Of a DNA stretch of 64,000 nucleotides, positions 1 through 8,692 are shown in pieces. A program made the translations under genes and the position numbers. Numbering within the stretch: position 1 is the first letter of the stretch; each line of letters starts with the position of its first letter. Origin of the DNA: a virus (lineage: Duplodnaviria > Heunggongvirae > Uroviricota > Caudoviricetes); the IMG/VR virus record IMGVR_UViG_3300047444_000069, positions 64,001 to 128,000 of that record; one strand, written 5' to 3'. The notes under the pieces are model-generated. The model saw only the letters and a list, made by a program, of their open reading frames with translations. It was not told where the DNA came from and searched no databases.

Positions 1-2
1 TC

Positions 3-431
3 TGTGAGGATGATGAACTTGTATCCCTTGCGGGCACAGAAGGCACGCGCTGCTTCCCACTTCGCCGTGTTGGTGCAGTACATCATGGCTTCCTCGATGT
101 ACCGTTTCGTCTTACGTTTGGGCTGCTTCGGCGCAACGGTGAACTGTGCTGGCTTGATTTCTGCCAGATAGGTCGTGAACGACCCATCCTTGTTTCTGAT
201 AGTCATCTTCAAATCCACGAAGTACCGGTGAGGCAATCCATCGACAGGGGATATATACGGGATAATTGTTTCCTCGCTTGACCACGAAATTACATTATCT
301 CGCTTATCACAATACGAAAACGCGCGAAGCTCCCACGAACTTCGATATGTGATGTTGTGAACGTCACCTTTGTACTTCTGTGGATTGCGCGGTTTCCACT
401 TTCCCTTATAGGCGTTAGCGCCATATGCCAT
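3..431 (-). CDS. gp4: Head completion protein (T4 gp4-like, TnsA-type nuclease fold), truncated by the window edge
   Basis: Manual translation from ATG 431: MAYGANAYKGKWKPRNPQKYKGDVHNITYRSSWELRAFSYCD..WSSEETIIPY..HRYFVD..EIKP..N.AKWEAA. This matches the gp4 pattern. Not in the ORF track because it is partial. Confidence 0.9.
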   Translation of the reverse strand, partial: MAYGANAYKGKWKPRNPQKYKGDVHNITYRSSWELRAFSYCDKRDNVISWSSEETIIPYISPVDGLPHRYFVDLKMTIRNKDGSFTTYLAEIKPAQFTVAPKQPKRKTKRYIEEAMMYCTNTAKWEAARAFCARKGYKFIILT

Positions 432-441
432 TCTTACTCAC

Positions 442-448
442 CTAAATA
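442..448 (+). promoter_or_regulatory. T4-type late promoter (CTAAATA) for gp48 and the downstream repeat array
   Basis: CTAAATA about 35 nt upstream of ATG 483; the same motif recurs before most late genes. Confidence 0.75.
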
Positions 449-467
449 TTAGTTGTATAAAACCAAC

Positions 468-474
468 TATTTAG
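468..474 (-). promoter_or_regulatory. Late promoter (CTAAATA) for gp4
   Basis: TATTTAG on + strand, about 37 nt upstream of the gp4 ATG. Confidence 0.7.
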
Positions 475-482
475 GCGAAGCC

Positions 483-1682
483 ATGTCCCTTCTTTCTGGA
501 ATCATTGACGGTGCGAAGTCGAAGCTGGAATCGGCGGTCACGTCGCATCTTCCTTTTTCGAACCTCAATAAAGCCACAACCAATCTTGAAAAGTTTGCGT
601 CTCCGAAGACGGGATATGAAATTCAACAACTTCAATATCCGGCTGATCTGACGGTCGCATCCGATCAACCCCATTGGGTCACGTTTTATATCAACGTGCG
701 CGGTAAATCGAAAATCGCACAGAACAATCCCGAACTACTGGCAACCGGCCAACCGATTAAGATTTCGGAAAACCGTCTGGACCCGGCCACGATGGATAAC
801 GCGGTGATCGGGACGGCGGCAGTCGGTGGTGCAGTGTCGGCCTTGGGCGCTGGCAAGAGGATCATCGATAGCGCCGGTAAGATTGCCTACGCTCGCGCAA
901 AGAACGGCGGTTCTGGTGTTCTTGGCGCTGGCGCGGCGGCGATTGGTGCAACGGCGGTTACTGGTGTGGCGGCGATAGGCATTGGAGCCGCTGTAGGGGG
1001 CGCTGCTGCGGCTATGACGGTCAAACCGGATACGACCTACCGACTGAAGGACGCGATCACCCTGAACGTCTCACAATCGCCTGTGTTTCATTCCAGTGCG
1101 AACTACGATGTCATGGAGTTCGGTGCGATTGGTGGATTTGCCGCAAACGGTTCGTCCTATGCCGACACACTGGATGCCGCACAACAAACACAGGAAGGTA
1201 TGTTGGCGGTCGCGCGGGCGGGCCTGAAGGAATCAGGCAAGTTCCTGAGTAAATCGGCTGGCGCGATGGTTGAGGCGACGACGAAACAAACTCTGAACCC
1301 GTATCGCGAAGTGCTGTTCAAACAGATTAACTTCCGTCAGTTCTCATTTGATTATCGTTTCTTGCCCCGGTCACAAGCTGAAACTGATATGGTGCAGCAG
1401 ATTATCAAGACTTTCCGGTATCACATGCACCCGGAAATGAGTTCGGGCGGTCTGTATTATATCCACCCGTCAGAATTTAACATCCAATACTATTTCCGTG
1501 GAAAAGAGAACTCATACATCAACAAAATCTCGACTTGCGTTTTAGTTGATATGGATGTTCAGTATGGTCCACACGAACAGTTCTCGACATTCGGGGATGG
1601 TGCGCCGGTAGAATATAGTTTGCGGCTGGTCTTCCAAGAATTGGAGACTTTAACAAAAGAGCGCATTAACGCGGGTTATTAA
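483..1682 (+). CDS. gp48: Baseplate tail tube cap (T4 gp48-like)
   Basis: C-terminal NPYREVLFKQINFRQFSFDYRFLPRSQAE..IIKTFRYHMHPE..P.EFNIQY..KISTCVLVDMDVQY is gp48-like. Start moved from TTG 453 to ATG 483. Confidence 0.8.
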   Translation: MSLLSGIIDGAKSKLESAVTSHLPFSNLNKATTNLEKFASPKTGYEIQQLQYPADLTVASDQPHWVTFYINVRGKSKIAQNNPELLATGQPIKISENRLDPATMDNAVIGTAAVGGAVSALGAGKRIIDSAGKIAYARAKNGGSGVLGAGAAAIGATAVTGVAAIGIGAAVGGAAAAMTVKPDTTYRLKDAITLNVSQSPVFHSSANYDVMEFGAIGGFAANGSSYADTLDAAQQTQEGMLAVARAGLKESGKFLSKSAGAMVEATTKQTLNPYREVLFKQINFRQFSFDYRFLPRSQAETDMVQQIIKTFRYHMHPEMSSGGLYYIHPSEFNIQYYFRGKENSYINKISTCVLVDMDVQYGPHEQFSTFGDGAPVEYSLRLVFQELETLTKERINAGY

Positions 1683-2201
1683 ATGTCACAGAATAATTTG
1701 TTCAAAGCTAAATACGGTTCTCCGAAGACCCACGAAACTATGTCTACACATGAGAATCCGTATATTCGCGCAGAAGTTGCGCGCCACGCATCACCCGAGA
1801 TTCGCGATAGACTGTACAAGGACCGCGATGAAGTGGTTCGTTCGGCAACCGTCAAGGGCGCACCAAAGGCCCATATTGATCGGGCCATGACGGACCCACA
1901 TGAGGCAGTCCGACAGCAGGTTGCGGTACATGGCCACGATAGCCATCATCAGGTGTTGCAGCATGATCGCAGTGAGAACGTGCGATACCAAGTGGCGGCG
2001 CACGCACAGAACCCGAGCATCCTGCATCGACTGGCGCATGATGAATCGAATGATGTGGTTCGAAGCGTCATCAACAACAAACACACGCCCGACGAAACGT
2101 TGCGCCATATCGCTGACACTCACGCATCAGAGAGGATTCGCGACAAGGCAGACAAAGAACACTACGGGCGCACTGAATTGGGCGGCTGGATACCGGAATA
2201 A
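1683..2201 (+). CDS. His-rich HEAT/LRV-like repeat protein, array paralog 1
   Basis: About 24-aa repeats of D...VR..VA.H; N-terminal FKAKYGS. Confidence 0.75.
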   Translation: MSQNNLFKAKYGSPKTHETMSTHENPYIRAEVARHASPEIRDRLYKDRDEVVRSATVKGAPKAHIDRAMTDPHEAVRQQVAVHGHDSHHQVLQHDRSENVRYQVAAHAQNPSILHRLAHDESNDVVRSVINNKHTPDETLRHIADTHASERIRDKADKEHYGRTELGGWIPE

Positions 2202-2205
2202 GAAA

Positions 2206-2919
2206 ATGAACGCAGAAGACAGAGACGAAAACATTTCCAACTTCGGTGTCCGATTCGGATCACAGCGAGTGCATGAGAAGTTGGCGAATCATGAGAACGA
2301 GTACACCCGAGAAGCACTCGCATCGAATACGGAGCACAAGCCGATCCTAGATAAGCTGATGAAGGATAAGCGGCCTTCCGTGCGCAAAGCGACGCTTCGC
2401 TTTCACAATCATAAAGACCACGTTGACGCAGCGGTCCATGACCCTGACTTCTCGGTGCGTGGTCTGGTTGCATACAAGGGCCATCATCACGATACCCTTA
2501 TACACGACCATGACGACTACGTTCGTACAGCAGTTGCAACGGCGGGTTCAAAGCCACATCATGACATTCTGATGCACGACGAAAGCCCAAAGGTTCGTAT
2601 GGAAGTCGCACAGCATGGTCACAACGAACATCGTGATCACCTGATGAACGACGAGAACTGGAAGGTACGCGAACGGGTCGCACGGTTCGGCAACGATAAG
2701 CATCGTGACCATCTGGTACATGATTCAGTTCCGGCAGTACGTGAAGCGGTTGCGGAACATGGCAACGACAGTCATCATCATGTCCTGAAAAATGACTTCG
2801 ATGGCAAGGTCCAGTTCGCGACGATCAACAAGACCAAGAACCCGGAAATTCTGGATCACATGTCCAAGCATTCGGCATGGCAGACGAAGGCGGCGGATAA
2901 ATTGAAAGGGCTGAGATAA
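2206..2919 (+). CDS. His-rich HEAT/LRV-like repeat protein, array paralog 2
   Basis: Repeats H.D.L..D....VR..VA..G; N-terminal FGVRFGS. Start moved from 1900 to ATG 2206, just after the paralog 1 stop. Confidence 0.75.
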   Translation: MNAEDRDENISNFGVRFGSQRVHEKLANHENEYTREALASNTEHKPILDKLMKDKRPSVRKATLRFHNHKDHVDAAVHDPDFSVRGLVAYKGHHHDTLIHDHDDYVRTAVATAGSKPHHDILMHDESPKVRMEVAQHGHNEHRDHLMNDENWKVRERVARFGNDKHRDHLVHDSVPAVREAVAEHGNDSHHHVLKNDFDGKVQFATINKTKNPEILDHMSKHSAWQTKAADKLKGLR

Positions 2920-3827
2920 TGGCAGACGATTACGACATCGAAGATAACAAGCATCACTTCAAAGCGAAGTTCGGTTCATCGAAGATTCATCACGATATGA
3001 TTGACGGAAAGCCGGGTAGGTTCGGTATCAAACCACAACATGATCATCTTGAAACTATCGCATCACATGGCAACAAAGAACATCTGGACAAGATGGTTGG
3101 ACATTCCAGTTGGGTCGTGCGCAACGCGGTAGCCGAACAAGGCCATCACGATCATCTCGACAAGCTGATGCACGATGAAGATCAGTCGGTGCGAACCACG
3201 GTCGCGATGCGCGGTTCAGAGAAGCACCACGATCACCTGATGAACGATGCGGACAATATGGTTCGTGCGACAGTGGCGCATCATGGCAGCGACAAGCATC
3301 GCGATCATCTGGTAAAAGATTCATCGTTCCGTGTCCGTGAATCGGTCGCACAGCATGGCAATGAATCGCACCATGCCGCACTGGTCCATGATGATAATCC
3401 TGACGTTGCCCGGATGGTCGCAACACGTAGCGAGACGCACCGTAGTAAACTGGTGAATCACCCGTCACCGGCAGTGCGATATGCAGTTGCTTCAAATGGC
3501 GGTTCGGCTGTTCAAGATCACCTGAAGGACGATCCAGAACCCGAGATTCGCGCGGCAGTTGCAAGGCGTGGATTCCATCACGACAAGCTGATGCACGACC
3601 CGGATAAACGGGTAGTCCTACAAGTCGCGAAGAATGCCAACCTACACATCACCAAGCAACTTACCGATCACAAGAATTGGGAAGTCGCAGAGGCAGCACA
3701 GAACCGCATCCCACAACTTGAAGCGAACGAACGCATCAAACAGAAGCACTTGGCGATGAAGGCAGCAAAAGCGCAGAACCCGGTCACAGAACAACTGGTG
3801 TCATTCGCGACCTTCTCGGCTAAATAA
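2919..3827 (+). CDS. His-rich HEAT/LRV-like repeat protein, array paralog 3
   Basis: About 9 repeats; N-terminal FKAKFGS; stop/start overlap with paralog 2. Confidence 0.75.
   Translation: MADDYDIEDNKHHFKAKFGSSKIHHDMIDGKPGRFGIKPQHDHLETIASHGNKEHLDKMVGHSSWVVRNAVAEQGHHDHLDKLMHDEDQSVRTTVAMRGSEKHHDHLMNDADNMVRATVAHHGSDKHRDHLVKDSSFRVRESVAQHGNESHHAALVHDDNPDVARMVATRSETHRSKLVNHPSPAVRYAVASNGGSAVQDHLKDDPEPEIRAAVARRGFHHDKLMHDPDKRVVLQVAKNANLHITKQLTDHKNWEVAEAAQNRIPQLEANERIKQKHLAMKAAKAQNPVTEQLVSFATFSAK
3820..3826 (+). promoter_or_regulatory. Late promoter (CTAAATA)
   Basis: Motif 33 nt upstream of ATG 3859. Confidence 0.65.
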
Positions 3828-3858
3828 TAAACTACTACCCATCTCAAGGCTTACACTC

Positions 3859-4644
3859 ATGAACATCAACACAAGCATCGTCAATGCATACAAACTGGCC
3901 CACTGGTCACAGCTTGACGAAAGTGTTCTCACAGAAGAACAAATGCAGTTCATCATCGAGAACCGGATCGAACATCTGAAGAAGGCGAACCCGGAACTCA
4001 GTACGGCACATGATCCGCACGGCCAACACAAGGACGCTGGTTCGATCATCGACCACTTCGCTACACATGGTGACCCGACCCCGAAGAAGACGAACACACA
4101 GTGGATCGTCGGTCAGTACAAGAAGGGCAACATCCGCCAAGAAGACGCGGGTCGTGTGCATGGCGCACTGTCCAGCTTCGAAAAGTACAAGGGCAAGCTG
4201 GCGAACAAAGACCTGAACAGCTACAAGAAGGTGTCGGACGTTGAAGATGCAACAGCCCCACATGAAGGCACGTTCGCTTCGAAGAAGGAAGAAACGCGCG
4301 CAGTGAAACACGAAGGCGCTGATCTGAAGTACGAAGACGATCACATCACGATCCACCACATCAAGAACGAAGATGCTGCGAAGCACTACGGCAAGGGTAC
4401 GAAGTGGTGTACCTCGGCAGACCAAAATAATATGTTTTCGCATTACCATGCGGACGGACCGATCCACGTTATTCACCACAAAACCGAGAAACAGGAGAAT
4501 GGTCAACCTCGAAAGTGGCAATTTCATAGTGCATCAAACCAATTTATGGATGAAAAAGATAATGAAATTTCCCATGAGGACTTCAACAAGATCAAGCCAT
4601 CATTCCATGCGGCGATTGACAAACATCCTGAGATGGTTGAGTAA
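3859..4644 (+). CDS. His-rich hypothetical protein with YGKGTKWCT motif
   Basis: Clean 261-aa ORF between paralogs 3 and 4, without HEAT repeats; N-terminus contains LDE/LTE/IIE. Confidence 0.7.
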   Translation: MNINTSIVNAYKLAHWSQLDESVLTEEQMQFIIENRIEHLKKANPELSTAHDPHGQHKDAGSIIDHFATHGDPTPKKTNTQWIVGQYKKGNIRQEDAGRVHGALSSFEKYKGKLANKDLNSYKKVSDVEDATAPHEGTFASKKEETRAVKHEGADLKYEDDHITIHHIKNEDAAKHYGKGTKWCTSADQNNMFSHYHADGPIHVIHHKTEKQENGQPRKWQFHSASNQFMDEKDNEISHEDFNKIKPSFHAAIDKHPEMVE

Positions 4645-4646
4645 AG

Positions 4647-5006
4647 ATGTACCACGATCCGGCACTCAAGAAGGCGATGTTTGCAACGAAATACGGTTCG
4701 CCTAAAACTCAGTCCCGGATGGCGAAGCGTGGGACAGTGATTCAACGCATCACCCTGTCCCACTCTGGTCCCGCTGAACTACTTGACCACATGACCAAGG
4801 ACAAGAATTCAGAAGTCCGATGGAATGTTGCAGACCGTGGTGAGAAGCGTCACCTTGACCAACTGGTGAATGATAAGGATGGTGATGTTCGGGCGAAGGT
4901 TGCTGCGCACGGCTATAAGGATCATCACGCTGTCCTGAGTAAAGACAAAGACCCGAAGGTTCGCTACTTCGCGGACAATGCAAAGAAAGAAGGACTAAAG
5001 GACTGA
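4647..5006 (+). CDS. HEAT/LRV-like repeat protein, array paralog 4
   Basis: FATKYGS plus about 3 repeats (DKNSEVRWNVA, DKDGDVRAKVA, DKDPKVRY). Confidence 0.75.
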   Translation: MYHDPALKKAMFATKYGSPKTQSRMAKRGTVIQRITLSHSGPAELLDHMTKDKNSEVRWNVADRGEKRHLDQLVNDKDGDVRAKVAAHGYKDHHAVLSKDKDPKVRYFADNAKKEGLKD

Positions 5007-5010
5007 TCCT

Positions 5011-5253
5011 ATGAGCGCACTCAACAAAGCCAAGTTCGCAGAGAAGTATGGTACTGATGCGCTCAAAGCGAAGCACGATCCAATGTGGCAAGAGCATATG
5101 GAAGGCATCGACAAGAACGCATCAAAGATTGCCGACCTTCCTATGCGCCATGTTCGCACCGTGTTTAACAAGTATCGCACCGAAGACCCGTTCATCGCAA
5201 AGCTGGCGGCTGATCACTTCAACAGAATGGCACAAAGAGGATGTAAAGAATAA
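5011..5253 (+). CDS. Small array member with the N-terminal motif only (paralog 5)
   Basis: FAEKYGT; no clear repeats; tightly packed between neighbours. Confidence 0.65.
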   Translation: MSALNKAKFAEKYGTDALKAKHDPMWQEHMEGIDKNASKIADLPMRHVRTVFNKYRTEDPFIAKLAADHFNRMAQRGCKE

Positions 5254-5897
5254 TGTTCCGAGACAACGCAAACTTCCTTGCGAAGTGGGGTTCACCTAGT
5301 CATATCAATCGCCTAACACAAAGCCCGAACGAACATGATCGTCTGGCTATCGCAAGTAAGCGTCCAGAAGAACACCACAAGATGCTCAACGATCCTTCTG
5401 AACGAGTTCGAAAGACAATCTCGTACAACACACCCAACAAGGCGCATCTGGACCACTTCGTCAACGATTCGAGTGAGTTCGTTCGTTCTAATGTCGCGAA
5501 GCACGGACATAAGGAACACTTGGATAAGCTGGTACATGATTCCGATTGGGCGGTGCGTGATAGGGTTGCAGCACATGGCCATCCTGAACATCTAGCGAAG
5601 CTTGTCGATGACCCGCATGAGATTGTCCGCAATCGCGTGGCATCGAAGGGTGTAGGTCACGACAAGTACGTTCATGATTCATCTGCGATGGTTCGTGACA
5701 TGGTTGCTGATACTGGCAGTGAAGAACACAAAGCGCATCTGGCAAATGATCCGAACGTGAACGTGCGCATGACCGTTGCAAAGAGTTCGGAACACCCGGA
5801 TACCCTGAAGAAACTCTACAAGGATAGCCATCCTGACGTATCGAGACATGCTCTGCGTCATGCAGCAGACCTTGGTATCGACGTGAGGAAAGAATGA
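5253..5897 (+). CDS. HEAT/LRV-like repeat protein, array paralog 6
   Basis: FLAKWGS plus about 7 repeats. Confidence 0.75.
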   Translation: MFRDNANFLAKWGSPSHINRLTQSPNEHDRLAIASKRPEEHHKMLNDPSERVRKTISYNTPNKAHLDHFVNDSSEFVRSNVAKHGHKEHLDKLVHDSDWAVRDRVAAHGHPEHLAKLVDDPHEIVRNRVASKGVGHDKYVHDSSAMVRDMVADTGSEEHKAHLANDPNVNVRMTVAKSSEHPDTLKKLYKDSHPDVSRHALRHAADLGIDVRKE

Positions 5898-6523
5898 GTC
5901 AAAGTATGCAATTCAGGGCTAGGTTTGGTACGCCCAAGATGGTCGATGACATGCAACATAGCGATGATGCTGATGCACGCGCAGCGGTTGCAGAGAAGCA
6001 CCCTGATCGTCACGCACAGATGCTTGACGATCCCGACGAGTATGTTCGCGCAGAGATTGCACGACACGGCAATAAGGCCCATCTGGATCACCTAATGAAG
6101 TCGCCCGACATTCATTCATCGGATTGGATGCTTGGTTCAAATATCGCCCGCAACGGTCATCCCGAACATTTGGACAAGCTAATTAGCCATCCAAGTGAAT
6201 TGGTGCGACAAGCAGTTTCAAATCACGGTCTGGACCGCCATCATGACGTTCTGATGCACGACCAAAGCTATCACGTTCGGTCGTCAGTTGCGGTGAATGG
6301 TAACGATAATCATCGTCGCGCGTTGATGAACGATCCGCACTCAGAAGTACGGAGCAGTGTTGCACGACATACACACGATCCGGCTATCATGGCGCATCTG
6401 GCGAACGATAAGGACCAAAGCGTCCGGTGGACTGCGCAGAATCGCCCTAAGCAAAGCGAAGCTTCAAAATTGCGCATGAAATCATTCTTAGATCAACACG
6501 GTAACGACGAACTTCTACGATGA
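5894..6523 (+). CDS. HEAT/LRV-like repeat protein, array paralog 7
   Basis: FRARFGT plus about 6 repeats; ATGA overlap. Confidence 0.75.
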   Translation: MSQSMQFRARFGTPKMVDDMQHSDDADARAAVAEKHPDRHAQMLDDPDEYVRAEIARHGNKAHLDHLMKSPDIHSSDWMLGSNIARNGHPEHLDKLISHPSELVRQAVSNHGLDRHHDVLMHDQSYHVRSSVAVNGNDNHRRALMNDPHSEVRSSVARHTHDPAIMAHLANDKDQSVRWTAQNRPKQSEASKLRMKSFLDQHGNDELLR

Positions 6524-6774
6524 AACACGTACTCTATTTTTCTGCGCCGTGGTGCGCACCATGCAAGGCGTTTGCGCCGCAATTTAGTGCAGTGATGGAT
6601 CAGCACTCCGAAGTATCTTACGCGAAGGTTAACATCGATGAAGACTTCGAGAGGGCACAGGCACATGGCGTGCGTGCGATCCCCTGCATCGTGATCATCG
6701 AAGATGACAAAGAAACCGGTCGGCTGGCGGGCGGTGCGGTCAACAAAGCCAAGCTTGAACAACTCCTGAGTTAA
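6520..6774 (+). CDS. trx: Thioredoxin
   Basis: YFSAPWCAPCK active site, KVNIDED, GVRAIP. Confidence 0.9.
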   Translation: MKHVLYFSAPWCAPCKAFAPQFSAVMDQHSEVSYAKVNIDEDFERAQAHGVRAIPCIVIIEDDKETGRLAGGAVNKAKLEQLLS

Positions 6775-6776
6775 CC

Positions 6777-7265
6777 ATGTCCTACTTCAGCAACTTCCCG
6801 ACCGTCTACTACACCTTCGATAACGTCTCGGCTACTCTGACCAAGAATTTCATGGCGCGCGTTGCGGTGTCGGATGCGCTGAAGTCGAACGTAACGCTGT
6901 ACTCACCGTACACCATCATTGACGGCGAAACTCCTGAGATTGTGGCCGACAAGGTGTATGGTGATCCTCTGCTTCATTGGGTCATCTTGTTGACCAACGA
7001 AATCATCGATCCTCGCTATGACTGGTGTCTGTCGCAAGTGGTCCTTGATGCGATGTGTGAGGCGAAGTACGAGAACATGTATGCCACGCATCACTATGAA
7101 ACGACTGATGGCTTCGTCGTGGATTCAGACTATCCCGGCGCTGTCTCCATCTCAAACTATCAATACGAAGACCAAATCAACGAAGCCAAGCGAACGATCA
7201 AGATTTTGAATCCGAACCTTGTGTCTGAATTTGTTAAGGAATTCCAAACAGCAATGGGGACGTAA
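6777..7265 (+). CDS. gp53: Baseplate wedge subunit (T4 gp53-like, LysM-like)
   Basis: MSYFSNFP..YTIIDGETPEIVADKVYGDPLLHWVILLTNEIIDPRYDW. Confidence 0.88.
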   Translation: MSYFSNFPTVYYTFDNVSATLTKNFMARVAVSDALKSNVTLYSPYTIIDGETPEIVADKVYGDPLLHWVILLTNEIIDPRYDWCLSQVVLDAMCEAKYENMYATHHYETTDGFVVDSDYPGAVSISNYQYEDQINEAKRTIKILNPNLVSEFVKEFQTAMGT

Positions 7266-8641
7266 TGACTGATGCAGTTAAATCGGGCGTCCAACATGCG
7301 GGCGACCTCAACATCGTAGAAGTATCGTTGATATGTTCGAATGGCACAACGATTGACTTGCTTCCCTTTATGATCGAATGCAATGTGACCGAAGACATCT
7401 TCTCCACATCGCTCTATGGCAACATCGTTATCGCGGATAGTCTCGGCATCATCGAGAACGGCCCGATCATTGGAGAAGAATATGTGAGGGTTGATTTCCA
7501 GACGCCCGGAATGAAAGCACATATTGCAAAAACTTTTAGGGTCTTCAACATCAGTGATCGCAACGTGGCACTGGATGACAAGACGCAAGTCTTCGTGATG
7601 CACTTCTGTTCGCCCGAAGTGTACATCGATGCCATGAACAAAATCTTCAAGACCTTCGAAGGTCGCGTGGATGATGTCGCGGGCAACTTGTATGCGAACT
7701 ATCTCAACGTGGCACGGAACATCGTGGTCAATCCGAAGTCGGGACAGTTCGTAGAATCCGACGATACGACTTCACTGACGATCCTCACGGAGACAGACAA
7801 CAACATCAAGTTCACATGTCCCGGTTGGGGCGCACTGAAGACCCTCAGTTGGCTTGCTGCGAAGTCGATAGACAAAGACACCAAGGCATCGGACGGACTG
7901 TTCTACGAGTCCACACAGGGCTACTATTGGGGTTCTATTGGGTCGATCTTGAACGCATGGAAGAAATCCAAGCGGGTTGCGGGAGAGTTCTATTATTCGC
8001 CTAGCAATCGACGGTTCAATGAATCCGGTACGGTCGCCGTGGATGGAGTGCAGTACACGGTCCCGAACCTTGACCGTGATTACAAGGTCGTAGAAGACTT
8101 CAGGATCATTGATTCGTTCAATACTTTGAAGTCGAATGTTTCGGGGTACTATGCGAATCAGGTGTTGACGGTTGACTTGATCCACAAAGGGTACAAGTAC
8201 AACAACTTCGATTACGTACAGGACTTTGCGAACTATCCGCACTTGGACAAGTATCCGCCGTTTACGACGAATCAGTTCCGCAATCCGCAGATGGTCACGG
8301 AAGTTGCGTATCAGCATCCAAACCTGTTCAACAACGCACCGGCCAACGTCAACGAACGTGTTGCGGCCATCAAGCAGAACCGGAAGTCACTGCTGGCGGG
8401 TTACTCGAATATCAAGGTTGAAGTGACCGTACCGGGAAGGACGGACTTTGAGGCAGCAAGCGTGGTTTACTTCGCTATGCCGAAGATGGGTCCAAAGGAC
8501 GAGAGTGATAAGACCGAAGCGTTCGACAAGTACATGTCGGGCTTGTATCTGGTGACGTGCATCCGCCACAAGTTCACGCATGACCGCCATACGATGATCA
8601 TGGAACTTGTGAAAGATAGCCTATCCAGACAAATTGAGTGA
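7265..8641 (+). CDS. Baseplate hub protein (gp27/VgrG N-terminal-like)
   Basis: I.EDIFSTSLYGNIVIADS..IIGEEY, LFYESTQGYYW, VPGRTDFEAA..SGLYLVTCIRHKF; located after gp53. Confidence 0.7.
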   Translation: MTDAVKSGVQHAGDLNIVEVSLICSNGTTIDLLPFMIECNVTEDIFSTSLYGNIVIADSLGIIENGPIIGEEYVRVDFQTPGMKAHIAKTFRVFNISDRNVALDDKTQVFVMHFCSPEVYIDAMNKIFKTFEGRVDDVAGNLYANYLNVARNIVVNPKSGQFVESDDTTSLTILTETDNNIKFTCPGWGALKTLSWLAAKSIDKDTKASDGLFYESTQGYYWGSIGSILNAWKKSKRVAGEFYYSPSNRRFNESGTVAVDGVQYTVPNLDRDYKVVEDFRIIDSFNTLKSNVSGYYANQVLTVDLIHKGYKYNNFDYVQDFANYPHLDKYPPFTTNQFRNPQMVTEVAYQHPNLFNNAPANVNERVAAIKQNRKSLLAGYSNIKVEVTVPGRTDFEAASVVYFAMPKMGPKDESDKTEAFDKYMSGLYLVTCIRHKFTHDRHTMIMELVKDSLSRQIE

Positions 8642-8692
8642 TATAATAAATAGTACGTGGAGATGATCTGCGTACTATTTAAGGGGAACGGG

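Noticed and set aside
800..1020. Gly/Ala-rich hydrophobic stretch in gp48 as a membrane toxin domain
   Set aside because: Low-complexity Gly/Ala segments are common in the middle of gp48-like proteins; there is no other support.
1900..2205. N-terminal 102-aa extension of ORF 1900..2919
   Set aside because: It overlaps paralog 1 in another frame and lacks repeat character; the true start is ATG 2206, which places the shared motif near the N-terminus.
3790..6523. CTS-like words at the C-termini of paralogs 3 and 7 (LVSFATF, MKSFLD)
   Set aside because: Too short and in the wrong position to distinguish from chance.
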